Source: Nemertoderma westbladi (Eukaryota > Animalia > Xenacoelomorpha). Taken from it: a stretch of 64,000 nt of DNA. Numbering within the stretch: position 1 is the first letter of the stretch; each line of letters opens with the position of its first letter. The stretch is from positions 101,946-165,945 of the forward strand of contig JAUCBJ010007014.1 in NCBI GenBank assembly GCA_032718475.1, given 5' to 3'. Made by a program: the position numbers and the translations under genes. Shown here in pieces: positions 22,801 through 35,500 of the stretch. Below the pieces are notes generated by a model, which saw only the letters and a list, made by a program, of their open reading frames with translations, ran no database searches and had not been told where the DNA came from.

Positions 22801-24500
22801 AGTTTCTCAAGATGGACTCGATTACTTCTACTGGATACTTACCAATCTGGGCTGTTGCCGTTTTCTTTAGAACAAACAGCGTACCATTTGGACTATCGCG
22901 GGCGCCAAATATCCTAACGTACATTTGGTATGTAACCACTGGGCCGGATAAGTCTTTATTCTCATACCAGAGAAACCGAAGGCTATCCTGGTCTGCCTTA
23001 CAGGCTCTTACCTGGTGGAACATCGCCTCGATGTCACAAGTAAATGCGAATCGCCGCTGTCTAAAACGTAACAGTATACCTATACTTCTCCCTAATGTCC
23101 GGATTCCTCAACAACCGAGCCCTTACTCCATTCAATCTTTTCAAGGCTAAGCTGTAGTTGTTCTCCAACTTAGGTGGTTGTCGACGCCACAACATTCCAA
23201 CTTCAAAATGTCCAGTCGGTAGCAGACGTATGGTATCTTCCATCATCTCCAGCGACCGTTTCTCATCAGTAGACATGGTTAGGTCATATCCACCGGGTTC
23301 CATTGCGTCCCTATCCAGCCATTCGACGGTTCTAGCTCCTGTCTCGAGGTCCTGGCGTATCAATTCCTTCTGCAACTCCTTCTCACTGTATTGGAAAATG
23401 TCTAGGTCTCGATATCTAGCCACTTGACCCTCCACTATATCGATATAAGTCAAAACGTTAGTCAGATAAGTAGCGTGGGCCGCTGAACCAGACCCACGGG
23501 TCTGATAACAGTAGTCCTCGGGTTCACTATCTGTCCGGTCGTTGTGAAGTGGTTCCGACAACCTAACATTATCGGGAATCAACTCCTCGTCCGACTCGCT
23601 AATGTCACTATAATGGTCAATACAGGTTCTCCTAAACTCGTCTAAGTCTGGTGGTTCTACTAACGGTGGTTCAGTCATAGGCTGTAATCCGTCGTATCTA
23701 TCTATTGGCTTGTCGCCACCTGTAAACTCATAAGACATGGGTACTCTTGTATACCAACCTAGTATAGTCCTATGGGCATGTGGTCCATTTACATGCGGTT
23801 CAGCTGGTCTCGTTTCCCATATTTGGTGTGCGATCAGCTGTTCTGCACCAATCAACATAGAAACATTCCTATAACCTACCTGGTGTCTGGGTACTCTGAG
23901 CTTGTCAAAATACTCCTGTGCTATGGGACTCATCGGCGGCACCTTACCTAACTGCCTGCCGAACCCCTTCATAGCTAGACACTTAAATCCGTCCAATGGC
24001 AAAGCTCTTCGTTCTTGTCGAGTGTGCTGGTCTCTCGGAAGTAGGGAATCTAGTTCTACAGAAATCCTGTGACCCTTGAGGTCACCTACTCCGTGCATAG
24101 ACTTTAACTCTATTTGGATCTCCTCGGCATCCTGGAAGCTAGAAACGGCTCTCGCCACTTCCTCGTCGATATAAGATAATGTGGACGCCGTGTCCAACAT
24201 CACATATATTCTTTTCGATCCCTTATCTCCGGTAAGTTTCACCGGAATCACGCTGAATATTTCCAACGTGGCCGATGATAAATACGTCCGCGCGCTGGTC
24301 GATGAACTATCCGCGGTGAAACCTTGGCAGGTCACTTCTCTCGCGCTCGACTCGCCATCTTCGTCCGACGAACCTGGTTGGTAACCATCGTCCTGGATGC
24401 CAGTGTACGTATTTCTCCTTATCGATACAGGTTCTTTGCTCCCCTTCCTTTGAGGATTTCGCTGTAAGTAACGGTCCGTTGGGGTATGGAAATCCGCATG
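19823..24500 (-). pseudogene. BEL-B pol (protease, RT, RNase H, integrase), with an internal RT deletion and frameshift near 23080
   Basis: MLDTASTLSYI, DIEAMFHQV, FYMDD, LHLFSDAS, GVDCFGP, SDKGTNF, GGSWERLV and LDRPVQDIVLL. The segment between IREKY and GILLRF is missing compared with BEL-C. Confidence 0.92.
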
Positions 24501-25917
24501 TACTACTACTACTACTACTACTAGGATCGGCATGCTGCATTGCAGCTGCATTTTTAAGAATGCTGTGCCGGCTTGTCAACAAAATTGCACCGCCACAACT
24601 CCCTATCACCCATGACATTTGCTAGATCATCCGCATCTTTAAGGCCAGTGTCCTTTAAGATGCGTCTCAAGAAAGTCATGGGCTGTCCACCATGCTTATT
24701 CACTCCATGAGGCTGCCAAAGTACAAGATTATGCACTGGCTGGTCCTCACGGCGAAAGCAATGTCCTGCAAAGCGGAGGCGATTTTGTTCTAGTGTCAAG
24801 CTTGGGGGAACCAATGAGACACCTCCAATGTTATATAGTGTCTGGTTGGAGATGTGTGCATTGTACTTGACACAATGTACCCGGCGTAGCATTCTTGTGA
24901 ATGTGCCATCCAGAGATTTGGTGTCCTCAGCAGTTAGAGCCCAGCATGGACTCCCGTAGAGGAGTACTGGAACTACTGCTGCTCTGAATAATCGGACCTT
25001 AAGTTTCCGATTAATTCTAGGTGACTTCCAAATCCTGGAAAGCCTATTCAAGGCTGCCCATGCCTTTCCCTTACGTATTCGAAGGTCCTCACCTGACTTC
25101 CGGATCCATGATCCCAGGTAACAGAAGTCGTCCACATGCTCAAGCATACCATCCTTTGAGCTTATGCTCATCCGATCAGAGACTTGCTGAGGACTTTCAA
25201 AGTTAACTGTCAGAATTTTGGTCTTTCTGGAGTTAGTAAAAAGACCAACACTAGAAGCAGCATGTTCTAATGAGCTGAGGAGCCGCTGGGCTCCCTCTAA
25301 TGATTCTGAGAGTACTCCTAAGTCATCAGCAAAGTCTAGATCAGTTAGGTACTTGGCAGGATTTCCTCGACTTCTGGAGCCAGTAGGGGGAGTTATCATC
25401 ACCCCATCATCATTATGATGATCTAAGGACATGCGTAGAACATAGTCAACCACAATAATGAACAAGAATGGTGCAAGTGTGTCTCCTTGGAGGACGCCCC
25501 ATAACACTTCAAATGGTTCTGTGTCACCATCAACAGTAGACACAAATGTTGTCGAACCATCGTATACTGATCTGATTGCTGCAATAATTTCATCAGTAAT
25601 CCCATATAATGAAAGTATGCTGAACATACGTGAGCGAGAGACTGAATCAAAGGCCTTGAAGAAGTCAACAAAGATAACAGCCAGATGCCTGTCTTTCTTT
25701 TTTGATAACTCTTCAATTATCCTTCTAAGTGCCAAAATGGGCTCCATGGTCCCACGACCTTTACGGAACCCATTTTGATTTCCACGTAGCAGTCTCTCAA
25801 TGGGATCCCTGATGCGATTTAATAGAATTCTATTGTATAGTTTTGCAGCAATCGAGATCAATGAGATTCCCCGAAAAGAACCATAGAGTGTTAGGTTGCC
25901 CTTCTTGGGAACTGGCA
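24501..25917 (-). mobile_element. RTE-clade non-LTR retrotransposon, 5'-truncated (RT C-terminal part), inserted in BEL-B
   Basis: QNGFRKGR, VDFFKAFDSV, GVLQGDTLAPFLF, DFADD and YLGS motifs; (TAG)n tail at 24501-24523; near-identical to 59203-60611. Confidence 0.93.
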
Positions 25918-28900
25918 TAGCAACTTGTGATGTAGTCTGCCGCATTCCATGCATCCGTCCTTGCTGTTCGGGCACTGCCGCCGTACATGACCTGGCGCAA
26001 GACAAGCCCAACAGGTGTCCAACGTCCGCACTTGAACTCTTCTCTGTTCCGAATTTAATTCTTTGAACTGTCTGCAACTATCTAACTTATGGTCGTCAGA
26101 TCTTACCTCCTTTAGTAAGCAGAATTGGCAACCTACAAATCCATCCGGCAACTCCTGTTGCTTTAACCTATGTCTATCTAACCGCTCACCTGACCATACT
26201 TGCGAGTCTGATCTAAAGGCTGGGGTACTCGAATTATATCTGTCTACTGAGTTAAATGTCACAGTGGTCCTGTCATCGTCAAAACTTACCATAGACTTAC
26301 CGGTAACAGGCTTAGACTCCCTCATATTCTCCTCTGAGAAGTTTGACTTCATCTCTGCTACAGCGTCTGTGGCTATCATGTCATGAATGTGCTGAAGTGT
26401 CAATACTTTACCTTGGCCCTCCAACTTATTCTCTAATTTGCGCCATTTCTGTCTGTAACGCATGTTTAAACGTCTTATTACGCTTTTCAAAACTTCGGCG
26501 TGATCACCATGATGAGGTAGATTCACCGTCCTCAAGATGTCTATTGCGTTCGAAATCGCGTTCGCTAAGTTCAACAGCTCTAACGGAGTTGTAATCCTTC
26601 CGCCCTTACCCAAGTCTTCTACTATCGACTGTGCCATCTTGGTTTTATTCCCGTAGATTTCGCTAAGCATCTTCATTGCCAACTCAAATGCTCTTTCATT
26701 GCCGACGAAGTTGTCAGCAATGGCTCTAGGTTCTCGATGGAGCATCTGAAGCAAATAGTTGAATTTCTTGTTGGGAGTAAAGGTGCTGTTGGTCAGCTGC
26801 TCGTCGACATAGGTTTTGAATGTCCTCCAGTGCTTGTGGTTACCCATAAACTTCTGGGGTTGTTGCGTCGGCAGTCCTTGCCTAGCAGCAAACTTACCTA
26901 TGTCCCTAAGGGTTGTGTCATTCCGGGTTAACAAATGGTTTAGTTCCACAGGGTTGTTAAGTCTGGTCCTTTCCCGGTGGTTCCAACTTACCTGCTCCGC
27001 GTCGGTCCTTCTTTCTTTATAGTTTCGGGACTTCTGACGTCTCATGTCTTCCTCTTCATCGCTTGAGTCTGTGTCGGTCCGTAGCGCTCGCGTTGGTTTG
27101 CGCGCCGAAGCCCTGACCCAAGCATCCTGAATAAACTTTTCTGCCGAATTTTCGAAATTGGGATTATGGATATTCGGGACAGGCGTCCTTACCTGAGGTC
27201 TATGTGGTATAGTCTCCTCTGATATACGTACTCGTTGATTAGGTTGGACTTTATCTAAGTCAGGCCTGCTAGGATTTGAATTACTCCTTACCTGGGCTGC
27301 TTCCATTAACCGTAGGTTACTAAGCATGTCCGTTATAGGTTGGATGTGCGGCGATATAGCTTGCGCTAAACTGGCACTTAACTCATCCCTCGTAATAAAT
27401 TCCTGGCTAGGGTTCTGTTGTATAGTCGGCTCTATCTGAGTAATTCGCTGTCTCTCATATGATCCCTCTTCCGGTTTAACCCGGAAGTTCTCCGTCGAAC
27501 TGGGTCGGCGCTCCGTCCGCGTATTCCAAACCCGCGGGTTCGGTTCGCCAAATACTCGTCCCGTTGGAGTTTCTCTAAACTCTGCATTGTCGCGTTCGGT
27601 ATGAAGTGGTGCGGTGTTCCGATGACGTGGATCCTGCGCGATGGGTGAAGCACTAATACCAACTGGCGTGCGATATGTAGAGAACGGTTTAGCGATCCGA
27701 GTACTCGTAATAGCTGGACCGGGTATAGGAATTCTGGTCGTCGTCGACTCGCGTATAGTCGGAGTTCTCGCTTCCTGTTCGGCCTTCTGCAGTGCGAACA
27801 GTTCTCGCAACTCAGTACCTACACTCGCCCCACATTCTTCGAGCATTCGCATCCCCTTCTCGGCGATTTCATTCGTCTTCCTAGTCCGTTCTTCACTCTC
27901 TAAATTTAATCTCGCACTTTCCAACTGCGCCAGTTTACGTTCTTCTTCTTCCCTCGCTCGTCTCGCTGCGCTCTCTTCTTCCACTCGCGCCTTTTCTTCA
28001 TACAATGCGCGTCGCTCCTTCTCGATCTCGAGTTCACGTTCTTTGCGCTCGTGTTCGAGTTGGAATTCGCGTTTCTTCGCTTCCCGTTCGCGTTCAAGTT
28101 GGAGTTCGCGTTCTTTCTGTTCGCGTTCTTTCTGTTCGCGTTCAAGTTGGAGTTCGCGTTCCTTCTGTTCGCGTTCCGCTTGCTCACGCTTACCTTTCTC
28201 TTCCAACTCTCGCAACTTTGCGTCTAACTTACGTGTGCGCTCCCTTTCCCGTTCGGCTTCCTTCCGTGCCTCCGATGCACGCAAAACTTCCGCCTGCTGT
28301 TCGTCTAGTCGGCGTCTTCTCTCCTCCGCCAAGTTGTGAGAAACAAGGGATCTAGCACATATAACCTTCCCTCGCGCGTGACTAACCTGGGAATCGCCAC
28401 TGTCTCTGGATGCGTCGTCGGGTGGAGTCAACGTTCTCTGTTGGATGTTCTCCGTCGTCGGTAGCACCTGGCCCGGTACCACCACTCCATTCTGCATCAG
28501 CCAGCTAGTAACTTCCCTCTGATAACGGCGCTCTTCCTTATCTTGCGTCTCTTCCCGCTCCACTAAATCTCTCAACTCTGCGTCACTCACCTGAGTCGCC
28601 TGCGCTTGTGATGCCCATAGCAACCAGTTCTCCGTCCTAACTCGTCGAAATCGCTCCGATAACTCGCGGTGCTCCAACAGGGCTGCCAAAACCCTATTGT
28701 AAACCCTCGTTGCCACGTCGCTCGACTGAGACTCTGCTGCCTTCTTCGCTAGGACTGCAAGCTCCTCCGTCTGCTTGAATAACGCTGAGTTATATCCTCT
28801 TCTAATCTCTACTAACCCTTCCCGTCCGATGTTCGCTGAGTCAGCTAACATCTTCCTTACCTTGTCCGCCGTCCGAGTTATATGTCCGGCATGCGCGCGA

Positions 28901-29337
28901 AGTTTCTTCTTTATCGCGATGTCAAGTTCTCTCTCACTTACCTGACTTACACTCAGTGGACTTGAAGGATTATTTCGGGAACTACGGGTACTCCTTACAG
29001 CCGCTGGGACCATGGCACTTACCATACCCACAGGTCTGGAAACCGGGCTCCGGGCTCTCGCTTCTGCTACACTACCCTCCCTATCACTCACCTCTGTCCG
29101 GGCTGCTGTGCAATCCTTCCTTACAGTAGTGGTAGGGGATCCTAATACTATTACTTGAGGTTGTTGTTCTTCCTCACTAGTTACTGTCTCATCCTCCTGT
29201 TCACTTACGTCAGCGTCGCTCGCTGCATCGTCATAGTCGGCATTGTCGTCAACAGTTATGTTGGTGCTATCGTCAGTCGGCGGTCCAGCCACCGTCTCAT
29301 AGCTGTCCTCTAGTGCCTCCTTGTCTGAGACACTCAT
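25918..29337 (-). CDS. BEL-B Gag (coiled coil, DUF1759-like, zinc knuckles), cut from pol by the RTE insertion
   Basis: Long open frame with KFMGNHKHWRTF...KFNYLLQML, CWACLAPGHVRRQC and CMECGRLHHKLL. Confidence 0.92.
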
Positions 29338-30413
29338 AGTCTAAATGTTTGCCTTCCGGCCAAAATATCTCGCAAAGGTTCGAGATATATATATAATTTA
29401 ATCGAAATACGATTAAATTATTTGACAAATAATCAGTTGGTCCAAAATGTCAAAATAAATTCGCAATGCAATATTGTGAATTTAATAGGATATAGTTATA
29501 GCAAATACTAGCACAATATTTAAACAAAAATATTATTATATAGCTATTATATAGCATTTAAATACTGGTATAGCACAAAATAACTTTGAATCTAATACAA
29601 AATATTCAAAATAAACTTGCCACCCGAATATTTCTAATTTTACATATATAGCTCTAATCAACACAATTTTAATTTGAAATATTATTATGTATCCACTAGC
29701 GCGTGGCTACATCTTCGGGTTGCGACTCTCTCTAACTCTCTCTCTCTAACTTGAGCGATTCAAAAAACCATGGCCGGCTAAACCTAAATATCCTAACTAA
29801 TAAATTGAGTTCAGCTTCGCAGTTAAACAACCGGTAATTTTTTACTGCTTCCACAAACACAATGGTGCCAACAGAACAACTAACCTTGTTTGCTGTGAGA
29901 TTCCACGTCCGCGTCCAAAGTTTCAGTCCTTTCGCTGATTGCAAACCGAACCCGCAGACCCACACGAACCCCAAACTCAGAAGTCCCGTCTTGCCATGTA
30001 TCTCCAGATGGTATAAAATAACTAAGCGGTTACCTAACATACCGGTACAAAACTCTAGAATTTTACAAATAATTTTGACCGAAACTGAATTCTCGCAAAC
30101 CTAGCTAAAATTTTCAAAAAACTCACTAATTACAGTTTGCCCTAAGGCCTAAGGAACTGCTGTATTCGCAATTAGTAAAAACGCACTACCGTACTTCCAC
30201 TGTACGCAGTACAGTAAGTAGAACAGTACACCAACCTAACAGCCTAAAGAATACTGTATGTGGTACGGCAAACAAATGTCCTTCTACCGTACGCAGTAAC
30301 AGCAATCAGCCTAATGTACTACTGTACTACTGTACGCGACCAATGAATACAGTAATCTAAAACTGTCTCAGCCTAAGAATACACTATTGACTGCTGCAAG
30401 CAACAGCCAACAA

Positions 30414-30424
30414 ACACGTATCAC
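30414..30424 (-). promoter_or_regulatory. BEL-B non-canonical PBS, complementary to its own LTR (31487-31497)
   Basis: GTGATACGTGT abuts the 5' LTR and pairs with GCACGTATCAC (10 Watson-Crick pairs plus one G-U). Confidence 0.7.
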
Positions 30425-32591
30425 TGTTAAACTAGCGCGACCCCTATACTAACAGCAGAACTGTTGAACAGACAAATACTGGTATACTTCTCTGCCAACC
30501 TAATGAGTTCTCGCCTAACCAATAAGGCACCAAGACTGCTCTACTGTTAAGTAAAGGGGATCAGGAGCGTGCTATTACTAAATGTAGGGCTGCTAAATAC
30601 AATACCGCTACTTACCGTTGGATGGTGCTAATCTGCCGTCCGCTAATATATTTTACTAAATTTACACAGCTCCTGCAAAATCGCTTGTTCCTTTCTCTAC
30701 CGATCGCTCGATAGAGAGCTAACTGTTCGAATCTATGAGCCACGCGGGAATAACCAAACAATAAACCTGAGTCGGCTCCCTAAGCTTACTTAAGACGAGT
30801 GCGAGAGGCTTTGCACTCAGAGTATTCTTACGCCTAACCTTACTATTAAAGTACGCCAATGCCTACGTCTTTTCTAATCGTGAATACTGGGGTTCCCTAA
30901 CGGAATGTATGAATGCGAGAATATTTAAAATAATCAAAATTGGTACAGTATGCTGTCTCTACGTGCGTGTAAAACCACTCCGGGTCTAAAATTGCCTGCA
31001 GCTGGCTTTAGGCCAGCAAATTACTAGTGTGTTGTGCGTACTGAATAATGCGATCTAGCTTATTGCCCGCTAATGCAAATAACCGCTCAGCGTGAATAGT
31101 TTACGGTACTCTAATTATTACGTTAGCTACCCTCCGCTATGCTGCGTACTAATTCTTAATTTTACTAATCGATTACAGTCACAAATATGTAACAGCGTAC
31201 TAATTACTAAGAGTTCCAGAATGCGTAATTCTAATTTATTACACAACAGGTTTCGCTAGTAATAGCCTAAAATGCCGTATTACTTTGACCTAATCAGTAA
31301 TTAATTGTTGTAACTAAGAAATAGAAATCAATCAAAGAGAAAGGCGCCTACCTAAGCATTCGTAATCATAGGCACACTTCAGTAACACACCAATCAGCGT
31401 CAGCAATCACAGCTCGCAATTATACAGTTAACTACAGTGCAGCCCACAGTTGTGCGATTCACTCTTCGTACTCCACACTTCACACTGTGATACGTGCAGG
31501 CCTCTCCCGGGTACATCTAGGCTTCCTAACTAACCCGATTCCTGCCCCCCTAATACTAAATAGAGACGAAACCTGGATCATCAGCCCCCTAATTACTGTA
31601 CCGGCGAATGGTCTGCATGCTACAGTGCGAAACGCCCGACCGCAACAGTGACCCCCTGCCAGCGTTGCCCGCCTTTGAATCCTCCGCTCTCCCTTAGTCG
31701 CCCAACCCCCCGATACGCCAACCGCCTACTGGCACCTTAGCCCTTCATTTAATTGAATAGCTACCGTAGCGGCGCATGCAAAATCACAAAGGTCTGACAG
31801 TCTCAGAAAATCCCTTAGGATTATTGCGTAGAGATGAATCACATAGAACCATTAACAAAAGGGGTAGAAATCATAGTTCTGATTGTAATTAGCAGTAATC
31901 GATAGGATTGATTGAGAAACGCAATTGAGAATAGTAGCACTAACAAATCATTTCAAGCAATTAATCGAAAATATAGCAAATTGCAGAAATATGCAAAATT
32001 ATACTTCTAACTTAATGGTACTAAATATGTCTGAGTGGTTCAGCAAGGAATGTGGGACAATGAAGAAGGAGAAGGTAGGGCTCTACCGGAAAACCGCCAA
32101 TTTATAGGTGATCCGAGTGGGGTGATGCAATAAGGGTGACGCAATCGCTCTCCTATTGGCTCTCCAGTCCGCGCTAGCATTAGGCCAACCTGGAAGCAGT
32201 TAGTCCAATAAGAAGGCCGGATTGTAGCCCTATTGCTTCCCAAACCCTCAAATTATTACCATATATGGTAATGGATCATGTCCCTGGCTGCTGAATGGTT
32301 AGGACTGCGTTCCTATGCTAGCCATGTCGAGGCTAATAACAGCAAGCCCGTATCCAGGGTCCAACAAGAACTTGCTACCCTGGGACTATCTACCTATATC
32401 CTAATACAAAATTACATAGATAGGGCTACGTACTATACAAAATGGATGAATTCAAAATATATGGGCGTTTTAACTTCCTTATCTAAATGTCACCGCACTG
32501 TGCCTTATCTAAATAATTATACTGCATAATAACAAACATATTATACTGTATGATGGCTAATAATGTGGATACAGCGCCATATACCGTAACA
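30425..32591 (-). repeat. BEL-B 5' LTR (2167 bp)
   Basis: TGTTAAACTAGCGCGA...CCGTAACA, followed by the TSD GATGG. Confidence 0.95.
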
Positions 32592-32596
32592 GATGG

Positions 32597-35500
32597 AATG
32601 ATAATTAATGTTTAGATGTAGGGTATTGATTGTTGTGAGTATGTGCTAGATATAGCAGTAATAGTGTTATTCGATATGTAACATTATGAAACAATGTCTC
32701 ATGTATACACTGTAGTGTTGCAACTATGTGTAGGTAAGTCAATGTGTCAGTGTTAATATAGTATATTACATTTTTTATAATATGTTGGTTCTACAGAGTG
32801 ATGCTGGGTTTTAGCACTATTAATTTGACATTTTTTTATTGCGAAATTAGATTCACTGAAAAATTCCATGAATAAACTTTGCGAGACATTCCTTAACTAT
32901 TCTTTGACAACAAATTGTCTATCTATCTATTTTGAGTAAAAAATTTGAAAATTAAAATGCAAGTCTTAAAAACTGAGTAAGTACTGTTATATTTATTTAA
33001 AAATATGAAATTTTGTCAGTAAATGCGAGACTGCTGTAATCATCTATTTTTTTAGTAAAAAATAATAAACTTACTGTATATATGTTGAAAACCAAGCATC
33101 ATGCTACAGAAAAAATATTAACTTAAAATTCTTCACAAACTTATTAACTGAATATTATAACTTATTAACTGTTTCAATGAATTCATATGATGTCATAGCT
33201 TTGCTGAGTTTTGTCAGAGTCATATTCATTGCCTCTGTTGATGTTTCCTTTGGTTGTGTTTTCGGGGAATTCATAGTGGGATTCCTCGGATTTGGTTCTT
33301 GATAAATAAACTGCTGCCTGAGCCTAATATTATTATGTGCTTCACTGTCACAGCCGATTTCAATTGCAACAGGCTTTGTGCAGGGAAGGTTATCTAATGA
33401 ATTGGTGCGACTATGATTGCGTTGGTTAATCTTGCTGGCCTTTCTAGTGTTATGATGTTCCGTTCCCTTCTTTTGGGAAGCAGATTGAGAAGTGTATAAT
33501 GGTTGTGTAATTCGAACATCTTTCATACATGTTCTTAGCCACCCAGTTTCGAACAGCTATGCTTCTCTCCTTGGGATTGATTGGAGGGCAAGATGAATGG
33601 CTTTTCAAGAAGAATGAATTTTTTTTTGGCTTATGAAATTTCTTCAGTAAATGCGAGACTGCTGTAATCATCTATTTTTTTTAGTAAAAAATAATAAACT
33701 TACAGTATATATGTTGAAAACCAAACATCATGCTACAGAAAAAATATTAACTTAAAATTTTTCACAAACTTATTAACTGAAAACAGTATCTAGCATATAT
33801 CCAACCTTTAATTTTACATTTTTTTTTTAGTCAAAGGTAGATTCACTGACATTGTTCTAGAACTTAATAGAAATCTGAGTTAGACATTGAAGCACTATCT
33901 TAAGGTAGGTGTGACAATGTGTGAAATAGATTTCATGTATTATGATCAAGTGAGATATTGTTTTGATTATAAAAGCTAGTATGTTTGTTTAGTTAATAAA
34001 ATAAGGTTTTAATAGTTAATAGTAATAATTAATTCAATAAGGTTATGAAGTCATATTATAAGATTATAAGGTTATAAGGTCACTTCATAATCAATACTCA
34101 AATAGTATGTTACAACTGGAAATACAAGTGTTAACTACATTTGTCCTGGAAAATAAATAATCGACACACAGGAAGATGTTCTATTTACGCCACCTAGAGA
34201 AATGAATTATTTGGCAATTATCAAAGATGAAATACATTCTGCTCCCGCTGGGCGGCTTTATCCTGAATAAATTTAGAAAAGCCTGTTGCCTATATGCTAG
34301 ATACTGTTTTCAGTTAATAAGTTTGTGAAGAATTTTAAGTAAATAGTATATAAGTTAATATTGTTTCTATATGGTGATGTTTGGTTTTAAACATATATAC
34401 TGTAAGATTATTATTTTTTACTAAAAAAATAGCTGATTACAACAGTCTCACATTTACTGAAGAAATTTCTTATTTTTGAATAAATATAACAGTACTTACT
34501 CAGTTTTAAGGCTTACATTATAATTTTCACTTTTTTACTCAAAATAGATAGATAGACAGTTTGTTGTCAAAGAATAGTTGAGGAATCTCTCACAAAGTTT
34601 ATTTATGGAATTTTTCAGTGAATCTAATTTCGCACTAAAAAAATGTCAAATTAATAGTGCTAAAACCCAGCATCACTCTCATCAGCATCAGCATCTCACA
34701 ATATTAAATTTTTTATAATATATTGTTTCTACAGAGTGATGCTGGGTTTTAGCACTATTAATTTGACATTTTTTTATTGCGAAATTAGATTCACTGAAAA
34801 ATTCCATGAATAAACTTTGCGAGACATTCCTCAACTATTCTTTGACAACAAACTGTCTATCTATCTATCTATTTTGAGTAAAAAATGTGAAAATTAAAAT
34901 GTAAGCCTTAAAACTGAGTAAGTACTGTTATATTTATTCAAAAATATGAAATTTCTTCAGTAAATGTGAGACTGTTGTAATCAGCTATTTTTTTTAGTAA
35001 AAAATAATAATCTTACAGTATATATGTTTAAAACCAAACATCACCCTATAGAAACAATATTAACTTGTATACTATTTACTTAAAATTCTTCACAAACTTA
35101 TTAACTGAAAACAGTATCTAGCATTATATATAGGCAACATTAAATTTAACATTTTTTTTTTAGTCAAAGTTAGATTCATGTTCCCTTTGAAGGCGTTTCT
35201 AAATTTATTCAGGATAAAGCCGCCCAGCGGGAGCAGAGTGTATTTCATCTTTGATAATTGCCAAATTATTCATTTCTCTAGGTGGTGTAAATAGAACATC
35301 TTCCCGTGTGTCGATTATTTATTTTCCACGACAAATGTAGTTAACACTTGTATTTCCAGTTGTAACATACTATTTGTGTATCGATTATGGAATGACCGAC
35401 CTTATAACCTTATAATCTTATAATATGACTTCATAACCTTATTGAATTAATTATTATTATTAACTATTAAAACCTTATTTTATTAACTAAACAAACAAAC

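Larger units (their letters stand above)
7184..32591 (-). mobile_element. BEL/Pao LTR retrotransposon B (~19 kb without nested inserts)
   Basis: TGT...ACA LTRs at 7184-8834 and 30425-32591; 5-bp TSD GATGG (7179-7183, 32592-32596); gag-PR-RT-RH-IN order with Pao-type motifs. Confidence 0.95.

Noticed and set aside
24554-26077. 507-aa ORF as a novel Gag-RT fusion gene
   Set aside because: It is an artefact of the RTE insertion; the N-terminus is an alternative frame of BEL-B gag.
27641-28355. Antisense ORFs over gag repeats (also 49989-50534)
   Set aside because: These are shadow frames of low-complexity E/R/K/A coiled-coil codons.
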